Of a stretch of DNA of 64,000 nt, positions 63,751 through 64,000 are shown in pieces. The notes below the pieces were generated by a model. The model was not told the origin of the DNA and made no database searches. It worked only from the letters and a program-made list of their open reading frames with translations. The DNA lies in NCBI GenBank assembly GCA_048013815.1, contig CM106585.1, forward strand, positions 10,726,001 through 10,790,000. Direction: 5' to 3'. Numbering within the stretch: position 1 is the first letter of the stretch; each line of letters begins with the position of its first letter. The translations under genes and the position numbers were made by a program. This DNA comes from Setoptus koraiensis. Its lineage: Eukaryota; Animalia; Arthropoda.

Positions 63751-63927
63751 ATGATTGACCACCATGATGAGCGAGCCGACGAGGCCATTCTAGAGATGAT
63801 AATTGAGTTGGAATCGGATTGGTTTAAGCGAAACAATTCACCTACATTAGAAGAAAATTTTTACATACAACATTACATGAACGAAAGCGACAGAGAATAC
63901 CTGAGACAATTGGCACAATGGCATTAA
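63751..63927 (+). CDS. Candidate 58-aa acidic microprotein or terminal exon of an unknown gene
   Basis: MIDHHDERADEAILEMIIELESDWFKRNNSPTLEENFYIQHYMNESDREYLRQLAQWH* has a non-repetitive, protein-like composition within AT-rich flanks. An acceptor-like ttttaacag sits just upstream. Confidence 0.35.
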   Translation: MIDHHDERADEAILEMIIELESDWFKRNNSPTLEENFYIQHYMNESDREYLRQLAQWH

Positions 63928-64000
63928 CTGATTAATTAATCGCTTAATTAATTAATTAGTGATTAATTTTTCGCGCAATAGCAACAGCACATATCAACAA

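Overview
Eukaryotic, AT-rich, very gene-dense genomic DNA with GT-AG spliceosomal introns. It is most likely a compact arthropod genome, probably a mite and possibly eriophyoid. That assignment is inferred from gene content, short introns, many intronless housekeeping genes and dense CAA/GTT microsatellites. No bacterial features, rRNA, tRNA or CRISPR arrays were seen. About 19 protein-coding genes are supported. In order they are: frequenin/NCS-1 (5' end outside the window), an SLC17-type MFS transporter, a hidden 3-exon secreted Cys/Trp-rich protein gene, an alpha carbonic anhydrase, DUSP12, an SGIP1/FCHo-like muHD protein, a TMEM272-like protein, GMP synthase, SREBP, PDCD4, GTF3C2, SLC33A1, NARS2, SF3B4, VIPAS39, RpL17, a DM4/DM12-like protein, and a head-to-head pair of homeobox genes (Prop-like and BarH-like) separated by about 11 kb of repeat-rich DNA. 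The most striking observation is the spliced gene at 7267-7963(-), which the ORF track misses. It encodes a signal peptide, three short Cys-bracketed loops and four copies of an acidic 11-aa repeat. It lies between a carbonic anhydrase gene and a decayed duplicate of that gene's 5' end. All exon models were assembled by hand and need RNA-seq confirmation.
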